Source: an uncultured Acidobacteriota bacterium
GTDB taxonomy: Bacteria > Acidobacteriota > Vicinamibacteria > Vicinamibacterales > CAVVIG01
DNA: 64,000 bases
Assembly (NCBI GenBank): GCA_963711505.1
Contig: CAVQEJ010000004.1
Location: forward strand, 87,442-151,441
Reading direction: 5' to 3'
Positions 54,937 to 64,000 of the stretch are shown one piece after another (within the stretch, counting starts at the first letter, position 1; every line of letters begins with the position of its first letter). The translations under genes were made by a program, and so were the position numbers. The notes beneath the pieces were generated by a model. That model ran no database searches, was not told the origin of the DNA, and was given only the letters and a program-made list of their open reading frames with translations.

Positions 54937-57719
54937 ATGAGCTGGCGAGCGCTTCCTGCGACCGCGGGCCGGTGGGACGCCGAGCGGGCAAGCGAGCTGG
55001 AGTCGTACCTGGCGATCGAGACCGACGAGAACATCGCGCGCGGGCATGGCGCCCGAGGCGGCGCGCGCGGCCGCGCGCCGCAAGCTGGGCAACACGACGC
55101 TGGATCCGCGAGGAGATCTACCGGCATGAACACCGATCGGCTGGCTCGAAACGATCTGGCAGGACATCCGATACGGCGGCCGCCTGCTGCGCCGTCAATC
55201 CGGCGTTCACCGCGGTCGCGCTCCTCTCGCTGACGCTCGGCATCGGCGCCAACACCGCCATCTTCCAGCTCGCTCGACACGCCGTCAGGCTGCAGTGCGC
55301 TGCCGGTGGAGGACCCGGCAGGAGCTGGCGCGCGATCAACGATCGCGCCCGCGGCCACGGGCGCACCGGCACGCTTCACGGGCCGCCGGCCGAACCTGAC
55401 CAACCCGCAGTGCGAGCGGATCCGCGCCGGGACCAGCGAGGCGTTCACGGGCCTGGCTGCGTGGGGCAGCCGGGCGCTTCGACCTCTGCGCACGGCGGCG
55501 CGTCGCGGCACGCTCAAGGCGCTGCTGGGTCAGCGGCGAGATTCTTTTCGACGCTCGGCCTCCAGCCCGCTCACTGGCCGGCTGATCTGGGCCGTCGGAT
55601 GACACCCGCGGCTGTGGATTGCCGCGGCGGCGGTCATCAGCTACGGCTTCTGGCAGCGGGAGTTCGGCGGCGAGCGCCGTCGGCGATCGGGCGGCTCGCT
55701 GACGCTCGATCGGGTGACCGCTTCGACATCATCGGCATGACGCCGGCCGGCGTTCTACGGCGTCGAGGTCGGTTACAACTTCGATGTGGCGGTGCCGCAT
55801 GTGCGTCGAACGCGCAGGCTGCGGGGCGAGCGACTCGGCGGCTCGACCACAGACAGTTCTGGTGGCTCGCGGCGCATGGGGCGGCTCGAGCCGGGCTGGA
55901 CGGTCGACGCGTGCCAGCGACGCAACTGGCCGCGATTTCACCCGGCATGTTCCAGGAGCACGGTGTCGCCGCGGTACACCTACACCGCCGGTCAGGCGAA
56001 GAACTACCAGGCCATGTCAGACTCGAGGCGCGTGCCCGGCGGCCGGCCGGCGTGTCGGACCTTCGCGGCAGTCAGTACGGACACGCCGCTGTGGCTGCTG
56101 CTGTCGATTGCCGGCGCTCGTGCTGCTGATCGCGTGCGCGAACCTCGCGAACCTGCTGCTGGCGCGCGGCGGCCGCCCGCGAGCGCGAGATCGCCGTGCG
56201 TCTGGCGATTGGCGCGTCGCGGGTGCGGCGTCGTCCGGCAGCTGCATGGCCGAGAGCCTGCTGCTCGCCGCGGCCGGCGCGGCCCTCGGCGTCGTGCCTC
56301 GCCGCATGACCCTCAGCCGGTTGCTCGTCCACGGGCTCGCGACCACGGCGCGAGCCAGCGTCGTGCTGGACCTGCGCGTCGACTGGCGCGTCGTTCGGCC
56401 TTCACAGTCGTGCTGGCCGCGGCTCACGTGCGCTGCTGTTCGGCCTCGCTCCGGCCATCCGCGCGACGCGCACGGCGCCCGGCCGCGGTCATGCAAGCGC
56501 CGGCGGTGGCCGCGGCCTCACCGACAGCGCGCGAGCGGTTCGGCGCTCCGCCGCGGCGCTCGTCGTGCGTGCAGGTGGCGGTGTCGCATGGTGCTCGTCG
56601 TCGCCGCCCTGCTCTTCGTGCGGACGCTGCAGAACCTGATGACGCTGGATCCCGGCTTCCAGCCCGAGGGGCTCGTTTCGGTCGACGTGGATTCTCCGGC
56701 GGGCCCGACCTGCCCGAGTCGCGCCGCCACGCCATCGACCAGGATCTCCTGGGTCAACTCCGTGCCCTGCCCGCCGTGCAGGCCGCCGCACAGGTCGCCG
56801 AGGTGCCGCTCAGCGGGAACGTCTGGAACGACAACATCGTCATTCATGGGGTTGTCCAATCCGGCGCGGTCGACTTCAATCGCGTCAGCCCGGGATCCTC
56901 CGCACGATGCGGACCCCCCTGCTGCGCGGCCGTGACTTCAACGACCACGACGATGCGGCGTCCGCGCCGGTGGCGCTGGTCACAGCAGCGTTCGCCGCAG
57001 GCAGTTACTTCGGCGGAGACGATCCCATAGGCCGCCGGTTTCAAACCGAGGTGGGACCCGGCCAGATCAGTCCGCGTATCAAGTAGTAGGCGTGGTGGGG
57101 GATGCGAAGTATCGGACGCTCCGGGCGCCGCTCGCGCCAGTGGCCTACCTCGCCGCGGCACAGGATCCCGAAGCCGGACGCCTTCCCGTCGTTCCTGATT
57201 CGAGCGGGAGCTCCGCTGCCGACGGTCACGTCGGCCGTGACCCGGATTGTCCGGCGCGTCGACTCGTCTGCCGTCGTCCGGTTCACGACCATGCAGGAAC
57301 AGATGCACGACCTGCTGCTGCCGGAACGGCTGATGGCGACCCTCTCGGTGTTCTTCGGGGTGCTCGCGGGGCTGCTCGCGACGATCGGCTTCTACGGTGT
57401 GCTGTCGTACACGGTGACGCAGCGGCGGAACGAGATCGGGAATTCCGGATGGCGCTCGGCGCCGACCGGCGGTCGGTGGCGTGGCTGATATTGAAGGACA
57501 CCGCACGGCTGCTGGCCGTGGGCCTCGCGATCGGTCTGCTGCTGACGCTGGCGGCGGGGCGGACCGTCGGCCTCGCTGCTGTACGGCCTGAGCGCGCGCG
57601 ATCCGCTGACCCTCGGGCTCGGGGTCCTGGGGATGGCCGCCGTGGCTCTGCTGGCGAGCTGGCTGCCGGCCGCGCGGGCGGCGCGCCTCGATCCGAAGGT
57701 CGCCCTGCGCGAAGAGTAG
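54937..57719 (+). CDS. Acidobacterial duplicated orphan ABC permease (MacB/FtsX-type), very heavily frameshifted (error-rich consensus or pseudogene)
   Basis: Fragments [98 protein letters not shown]. Confidence 0.8.
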
Positions 57720-57727
57720 CGGCCGGC

Positions 57728-58623
57728 CTAGCCTGCCCGCTGCAGCACGTAGAGCAGGACCAGCACGCCGGCGACGATGCGATAGAATCGCGAACGGCGT
57801 GAAGCCGCGGGTGCGGACCCAGGCCATGAACCAGGCCACCGACAGATAGGCGACGACGAACGACACCAGGGCGCCGACGAGGAGCACGCCCCATCCGTGC
57901 GCGTCGATGCCGGCGACGCCGAGCGGATTGGCGCCCCGGCCCAGCACCGACTTCAGCAGGTCGTAGCCCGTCGCGGCGGCCATCGTCGGCATCGACAGGA
58001 AGAAGGAGAACTCGAGGGCCGAGCTGCGCGACATGCCGGCGACCTGGCCGGCCGCAATCGTCGACATCGATCGGGACGTTCCCGGGAAGACCGCCGACAG
58101 GATCTGGCAGGCGCCGATCCAGATCGCCTGGGGCAGCGACATGTCGTCCATGCGCCAGGTCGTGATGCGGCCGGCGGCCGCGTCCGGTCCCCGCCGCTCC
58201 GCGCGTGCGTTCATGGCGTCGACCAGGTCACATGATCACGCCGCCGACGACGAGCGACCACCCCATCACCTGCAGGTTCTCGAGGTTCTTGCCGATCAGC
58301 TTCGTCAGCAGGAAGGCCGGGATGGCCGTCACGACGAAGGCGACGGTCGTCAGGCCGAGCGGGTGGGTGAGGACGTTGCGATCGCCGCGCTCACCCCGGG
58401 GAAAGGTCGACAGGAACTTCGCGATGCGCGGACCGAAGTAGACGGGGAGGCACAGGATGGCGCCGAGCTGGATGACGACCGTGTACATCTTCCAGTAGCC
58501 ATCGGTCAGGCTGATGTGGAGCAGGACTTCAGAAATCCGCAGGTGCGCCGTGGAACTGACCGGCAGGAACTCCGTGAGACCTTCGACGATACCCAGGACA
58601 ACCGACAACAGGTAGTCGTGCAA
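57728..58623 (-). CDS. uppP: Undecaprenyl-diphosphate phosphatase (frameshifted)
   Basis: LGIVEGLTEFLPVSSTAHL, VIQLGAIL, FPGTSRS..TI, EFSFFLSMPT. Confidence 0.93.
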
Positions 58624-58756
58624 TCCGCCCTCCTGTGAGCGACCCGTGACAGGGTACTCCAGGACGTCTCAGGGCGCATCGCTTTCTTCCGTGGTACGCG
58701 CGGCGCGCGGATCGGCCGGCCGTCGAAGCCGACACGCGTCCGCGCGCCGCAATCGC

Positions 58757-59374
58757 TCATGCGTAGTGATGCCTGCCGAGCAGCCGCACCGTGCTCGCCT
58801 GCGGCCCCTTCGCCCCCTTCTCCTCGACGAACGCGACTTCGGTGCCGACCGTCAGGTCGTCGTACGTGCCGTTCACGACGCTGTCGCGATGGAAGTAGAC
58901 CTCGTGACCGTCGGTACCCTGGACGAATCCGCAGTCCTGGTCGGGGACCAGGCGGACGACGTGGCCGTGCGGCGGCGCCTCGTGACTCTTGATCTCGCCG
59001 CGCTGGCGTCTCGCGTGGTCCTGCAGCCGCCGCCGCGCCGCGTCGAACGCCTCGCGCACGGCGACGTGCCCGTACTTCTGCGCCGCGCCGACCTCCGTCG
59101 CCTTCGCGCGCACCGGGGCTTCGATGTCCTGCAGGTGGCCGTGCAGCGTGGGGCTGTCGTGGCTGATCACGATCTCCTCGCCCGGCACGGTGAGGTCGAT
59201 CCGGACGTGAAACCGCGCGCCACCCTTCTGGTGCCGCGGCCGCTCGATCGACACCCGGCACGCCGTGATGCGGTCGTAGTAGGTGTCGAGCTTGGCGGCG
59301 CGCCGGCGGACCTCGTCCTCCAGTGCGTCGGAGTGATCGATGTTGCGAAACGTAACCTGGACGGGAAGTTCCAT
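58757..59374 (-). CDS. HPF/RaiA ribosome-associated domain fused to a cold-shock domain
   Basis: MELPVQVTFRNIDHSDALE...ITACRVSIE.P...VRIDLTVPG, then GFVQGTDGHEVYFHRDSV...EKGAKGPQASTV. Confidence 0.9.
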   Translation of the reverse strand: MELPVQVTFRNIDHSDALEDEVRRRAAKLDTYYDRITACRVSIERPRHQKGGARFHVRIDLTVPGEEIVISHDSPTLHGHLQDIEAPVRAKATEVGAAQKYGHVAVREAFDAARRRLQDHARRQRGEIKSHEAPPHGHVVRLVPDQDCGFVQGTDGHEVYFHRDSVVNGTYDDLTVGTEVAFVEEKGAKGPQASTVRLLGRHHYA

Positions 59375-59434
59375 GATGTTGGCTCCTCGTGAGTCCGGCC
59401 CCGATGGGACAGGGGTAGGGCTGTCACTCGATCT

Positions 59435-59450
59435 AGCAGGAGCTGTGCCA
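59435..59450 (-). promoter_or_regulatory. sigma54 promoter
   Basis: TGGCACAGCTCCTGCT = GG-N10-GC about 60 nt upstream of HPF-CSD. Confidence 0.7.
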
Positions 59451-59720
59451 GTGCGCGGCAGCCGCCGGACGGCCCGGATGGCTCGTGCGGAAGGGCTGCC
59501 CGGCGCTGGCGCCGCAGGCGGCACCCCCCTCGGCCCGCGCGCGGGCACTTGTCCGCGCGGACCCGGGAAAAGGTTGGCGGAAATGCCTGTCAGCGCCGGG
59601 CGTGGCGCGACGCCGCGCGGCGCGGCGAGGCGAGGCGGCTGAGCTGGATCGGCGGCAGATGGGGTGGCCTGCTAGAGTGTGGCGTGCTTCACGCGGTCCG
59701 GCACCCTCCAGGCAGGAGCA

Positions 59721-62172
59721 TGATGGCGATACGGCAGACGATGACGAGCCCCGTGGTGCTGGCGACGGCGCTGCTGCTGTTGTGCAGCGCCAGTCGTGTT
59801 CCGGCCCAGGAGATGGCCGTTCCCCCACCCTCCGATCCGCCAGGCGCGAGCATGTCGGCCGACTGGCTCCTCGATCTGCCGACCGCCGATAACCTGTTCG
59901 CGGCGCTGCAGACGATGCAGCCCGACGTCGTCGGCGACGAGTTCACCGGGGGCGGGCTCGGCGCCGGCCAGTCCCTCCGGCTCGGCGCGCTGGGCAGCGC
60001 GTGGACGCAGACGGCCTTCCGGCTCGACGGCGTCGACATCACCGACCCCGACGGCAGTGGCACGCCCCTCTTCTTTCCCGACCTGATCTTCTGGCAGCGC
60101 ATCAGCATCACCACCAACCCGCGGGCCGTAGACATGAATGCCGCCGGTCCTGTCGTGTCGCTCGAGTCGCGGACAGCCGGCGCCCGCTGGAGCGGCGCGA
60201 TCGACGGGTCCGTCTCGCCGACGCCGTTCGTCGCCGCGTCTTCGTCGACGGCGGCGCCGGCCGTTGCGCGGCTCGACGACTGGGGGCACGGCGATGCGAT
60301 CGTCGGCGGGCCGATCGACGGCGGGCGCCTCCGGATGATGGCCGGCAGCGAGGTCACGCGAACCGACCAGTTCGAGCGGACGGGGACCGTGACGCAGCCG
60401 GCGAGCGTCACCTCGGGGTTCGTGCAGGTCGCCGCCGCCGCGAGCCCGCACGATTGGTGGCGGACCTTCGCGCTCGTGCAGCAGGTGCGCTATCCGCTGG
60501 CGAACGACATCGTGGCGCGGCCGCTCACGGCCTCGTCAACGGACCACTCGGTGCACGTGCAGGCGATCTGGGATCACGTGATGGCGGACGGCCGCGTCCG
60601 GCACGCGTGGGCGGCCTACACGCGACGCGCCCGGCGCGCCGACGCGGGAATGGCCGACCCGTTCATCGTCGATCGGATCCTCAACGGCCCGGTGCCGGAA
60701 CTCGTCGATGCCGGCGCGGGCGTCGATCGACGCTGGTCCGCGGGCGTCGAGCTGAAGCCGGCCGCGGGTGTGGTCAGGAGCCGGTAGGCCTGGACGGCCG
60801 GCGCCGAGATCGGCGGCGGCGGCATGCGTCCGGCCGCGCCGTTCACCGGTCTGGTCGGCGAAGTCATCGCCGGGCAGCCGGTACGGGCCTGGCAGGTACC
60901 TCGGCCCCGGCACTGTCGTCCGATCGGCGCGAAACGACCGTGGCGGCGTACGTGAGCGATCGGGTCGCCGTCACCCGGCAGCTCGTCTCGATGCCGGCCT
61001 GCGGTACGACGGCGTATCGGCTTCGGCGGCCGGCGCGGCCACCGGGGTGCACTGGCACAGCTGGCTGCCGCGCGTCGGCGTCCGCTGGGCGCCGCCCGCG
61101 CCGCTCGGCGTCGTGCTCTTCGCCAACTACGCCCGATCCGCGTACCGGCTGCCGCTGCAGATGCTCGCGTATGGCGACCCGGCGGCGCCCGTCGCCGAAG
61201 TCTTCCGGTGGAACGCACCGCCGGGAGCCGCGGCGGTGACGCCGTCGGCGCTCGGTCCGCTCGTCGCCCGCGTCGGGCCGGGGACCGGCGGCGACCCCGC
61301 CTTCAGCGGCATCGATCCCGCCCTGCGACGGCCGACCGTGGACGCCGTCACCGTCGGCTTCGACGCGGATCCCTTCGATGGCGTCCACCTGCGCTTCGCG
61401 GGCGTGGCCCGGCGCGAACGCCAGCTCATGGGCGTCGTCGACACCGGCGTGCCGGCCTCCGACTACGTGACCGTACTGGTGCCCGACACCGGTCTCGATC
61501 TGCTGAACCCGGATCCGATCCTGCTGCCGGTCTCGAACCGGCTGCCGGCGAGTTTCGGTCAGGACCGGTACCTGCTGACCAATCCGGCGGGCGACACGGC
61601 GAGCTTCGTCGGACTCGAGCTGTCGGGCGACGTGTCCATGGGCCGGCTCCGGCTGTTCGCCGGCGCCACGGCGGGGCGGACACTCGGGCTGGCGTCGAGC
61701 ATCGGGTTCCATGCCGCCGAGAATACGCAGGGGCTGGCCGGCGACCTCTTCATCGATCCGAATGCCGCCGTGAACGCGAAGGGCCGGCTGTACGACGATC
61801 GCGGGTACACGATCAAGGTGGCCGGCGTGTACCGGTTCCCGCGGCACGTGCGGCTCGGCGTCATCGCCCGCTATCGCGACGGTCAGATGTTCGCGCGTCT
61901 CGTGCCGGTCGAGGCTGAACCAGGGGTTCGAGGTCGTGCGGGCGTTTCCCAACGGCGGCACCCGGTTCACCTACACGCTCACGGTCGACGCCCGGCTGCA
62001 GAAGCAGGTCGTCGTGGGAGGCCGGCGGTTCGACGTGCTGCTCGACGTCTACAACCTGTCCAACCGGGCCGCGCAGGTCGAGGAGAACGTCTTCGGCGGG
62101 CCCGGCTTCCGCGCGACCACGGCCGTGCAGCCGCCGCTGGTGGCCCGGATCGGGATGCGCTTCACCTTCTGA
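59721..62172 (+). CDS. TonB-dependent-receptor-like outer-membrane protein (frameshifted)
   Basis: Signal peptide, plug-like FRLDGVDITDP, LDAGLRYD, PRVGVRW, VDARLQK, LDVYNLSN, C-terminal RIGMRFTF. Confidence 0.75.
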
Positions 62173-62398
62173 GGTCCGCGCCGGCGGCCGGGGAAATGCC
62201 GCAGCGGCTGCGGAGAATTGCGGTTCCGGGCGGCCGGCGCCGCGACGGGGTGGAGCCCGCCAGGCGCCGTCCAGGCCAGAAACGGCCTGCTTTTGCTGGA
62301 GATTTCCACGCCGTCGCGCTCCACTCGCGGCCGGTATCCGTCTTGCTTTCCAGCAGATGGCGCGCGTGCGCCGCCATCGGAATCGGGGAGGAGACCTC

Positions 62399-63577
62399 AT
62401 GACGCCGGCACTGCGACTCGTCTTCTGGGAAACCACGAAAGCCTGCAACCTCAGCTGCCGCCACTGCCGTGCGGTGCCGCAGCGGGCGCTCGGACCGGAT
62501 GAGCTGGACACCGCCCAGGCCTTCGAGCTGATCGATCAGATCGCCGAGGTCGGCAAGCCGGTGCTCGTGCTGTCGGGCGGCGAGCCGCTGTTCCGGCCGG
62601 ACATCTTCGACATCGGCGCCTACGGCGTGGAGCGCGGGCTCCGGATGGCGCTGGCGACCAACGGGACGCTGATCACCGAGGAGATCGCCCGCCGGATCAA
62701 GGACGCCGGATTCTCGCGCGTGGCGATCAGTCTCGACGGGGCGCGCGCGGACACCCACGACCAGTTCCGCAACCTGCCCGGCTCGCACGCGCGCGCGATC
62801 CGCGGCATCCAGTTCCTGCGCGAGGCCGGCGTGTCGGTGCAGATCAACTCGACCGTGGCGCGGCACAACGTGGCCGAGCTGCCGGAGATGCTCGATCTCG
62901 CGCTCGACCTGACGGCCGACGCGCTGCACCTCTTCATGCTCGTGCCGGTCGGCTGCGGGGTGGAGATCGCGCCGACCGAGATGCTGCCGGCCGACGAGTA
63001 CGAGCGGGTGCTGCACTGGTTCGACGAGGAATCGAAGACCTGTCCGATCGACCTGAAGGCGACCTGCGCGCCGCACTACTACCGGATCCGCGCCCAGCGG
63101 ATTGCCGAGGAGCGCAGCCGCGGCGACATGTCGTCGACGTTCATCGCGCCGGGCACGCGGGCGAAGGCGGCGCCGGTGCTGCTGCACGGCGACGGCCACG
63201 GTCCGCAGGTGTCGGCCCTGTCAGCGATGACGCGCGGCTGTCTCGCGGGCACGGCCGTCTGCTTCATCTCGAACACCGGCAAGGTCTTTCCGTGCGGCTA
63301 TCTGCCCGTCGAAGCGGGCGACACGCGCACGCAGTCGTTCAAGTCGGTCTGGGGCGGCTCGCCGATCTTCGCGCAGCTCCGCGACTACGACGCGCTGGAA
63401 GGCAAGTGCGGCGAGTGCCGCTTCACCGCGATCTGCGGCGGCTGCCGCGCCCGCGCCTACGCGGCCACCGGCAGCTTCCTGGCCGAGGAGCCCTTCTGCA
63501 CCTACCGGCCGGACCTCGACGAGACGGCGCATCATCCGATCGACGTGGCCCCGGTGGCGATGCACCCGCACGCGTGA
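62399..63577 (+). CDS. Radical SAM/SPASM protein, AhbD/NirJ-like (alternative heme biosynthesis)
   Basis: LRLVFWETTKACNLSCRHCRA, LSGGEPL, FMLVPVGCG, KATCAPHYYRI, GCLAG..VCFIS..G.V.PCGYLP, CGGCRARAY. Confidence 0.85.
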   Translation: MTPALRLVFWETTKACNLSCRHCRAVPQRALGPDELDTAQAFELIDQIAEVGKPVLVLSGGEPLFRPDIFDIGAYGVERGLRMALATNGTLITEEIARRIKDAGFSRVAISLDGARADTHDQFRNLPGSHARAIRGIQFLREAGVSVQINSTVARHNVAELPEMLDLALDLTADALHLFMLVPVGCGVEIAPTEMLPADEYERVLHWFDEESKTCPIDLKATCAPHYYRIRAQRIAEERSRGDMSSTFIAPGTRAKAAPVLLHGDGHGPQVSALSAMTRGCLAGTAVCFISNTGKVFPCGYLPVEAGDTRTQSFKSVWGGSPIFAQLRDYDALEGKCGECRFTAICGGCRARAYAATGSFLAEEPFCTYRPDLDETAHHPIDVAPVAMHPHA

Positions 63578-63636
63578 GAGTCGTCACGTCGAACGGCGCC
63601 CGCGGCCCGCTCACCCTTCGGGGGAATTGAGGAAGC

Positions 63637-64000
63637 ATGGACGTTCACCCGAAGGGGACGCGCGCCCGCGTGCTGCTGACCTCCGTCTTCGGTCCCTTCG
63701 CGCAGGACGACGAGTTCGGCAGCCGCACGATCAATCCCATCGAGCTCTACCACAACCAGGTGACCCGCGAGCAGGGGCCGTTCTCCATCCGGATGTCCCA
63801 TCGGTCCTGGGGCATCATGCTCATCCAGCAGAACATCACGGCGCCGTCGACGGTCATGGACTTTCCGACGCGGAAGCGGTTCATCCGCGAGATCACGCGG
63901 CGGCACTACGACATCATCGGGATTTCGGGCATCGTCGTGAACGTGGGCAAGGTCCGGGAGATGTGCCGGCTGGCCCGCCTCCACTCACCCGGATCCGAGG
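63637..64000 (+). CDS. Probable cobalamin-binding radical SAM protein, N-terminal part (truncated by the window)
   Basis: MDVHPKGTRARVLLTSVFGPFAQDDEFGSR...YDIIGISGIVVNVGKVREMCRLAR; B12-binding-domain-like pattern; GAGGA RBS. Confidence 0.65.
   Translation, partial: MDVHPKGTRARVLLTSVFGPFAQDDEFGSRTINPIELYHNQVTREQGPFSIRMSHRSWGIMLIQQNITAPSTVMDFPTRKRFIREITRRHYDIIGISGIVVNVGKVREMCRLARLHSPGSE

Overview
This is a high-GC bacterial window, most likely from Acidobacteriota (Vicinamibacterales-like). That inference rests on an acidobacterial VWA-domain gene, a PadR plus duplicated orphan ABC permease pair, and Tat-exported VOC proteins. Many genes are broken by single-base indels, which looks like long-read consensus error, so CDS coordinates span reconstructed frameshifted genes. 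The first 12 kb is a potassium-homeostasis island on the minus strand: a c-di-AMP (ydaO-type) riboswitch, a KimA-like transporter, a split KdpD, KdpE, a beta-barrel porin, two tiny membrane peptides and kdpABC. Two matching promoters with 11-bp-periodic repeats drive it. The rest holds heme-type ABC subunits, a sigma54-promoter-linked cluster (DUF5335-like protein, hydrolase, PRPP synthetase, phosphoribosyltransferase), glucan phosphorylase, GT2 genes, an HD phosphohydrolase coupled to an S1/P1 nuclease, ppk1, an S9 peptidase, an RRM protein, an amidase, a ~950-aa unknown protein next to a phosphoesterase/phospholipase C, tandem VOC genes, a BNR-repeat hydrolase, a kbl-like gene, a D-aminoacylase, uppP, HPF-CSD, a TonB-receptor-like gene and two radical SAM genes. 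No rRNA, tRNA, CRISPR array or transposase was seen. The most notable items are the multilayer c-di-AMP potassium module, intergenic inverted heptamer-repeat elements, a putative sigma54 regulon, unannotated small ORFs and the unknown-protein/phospholipase C pair.
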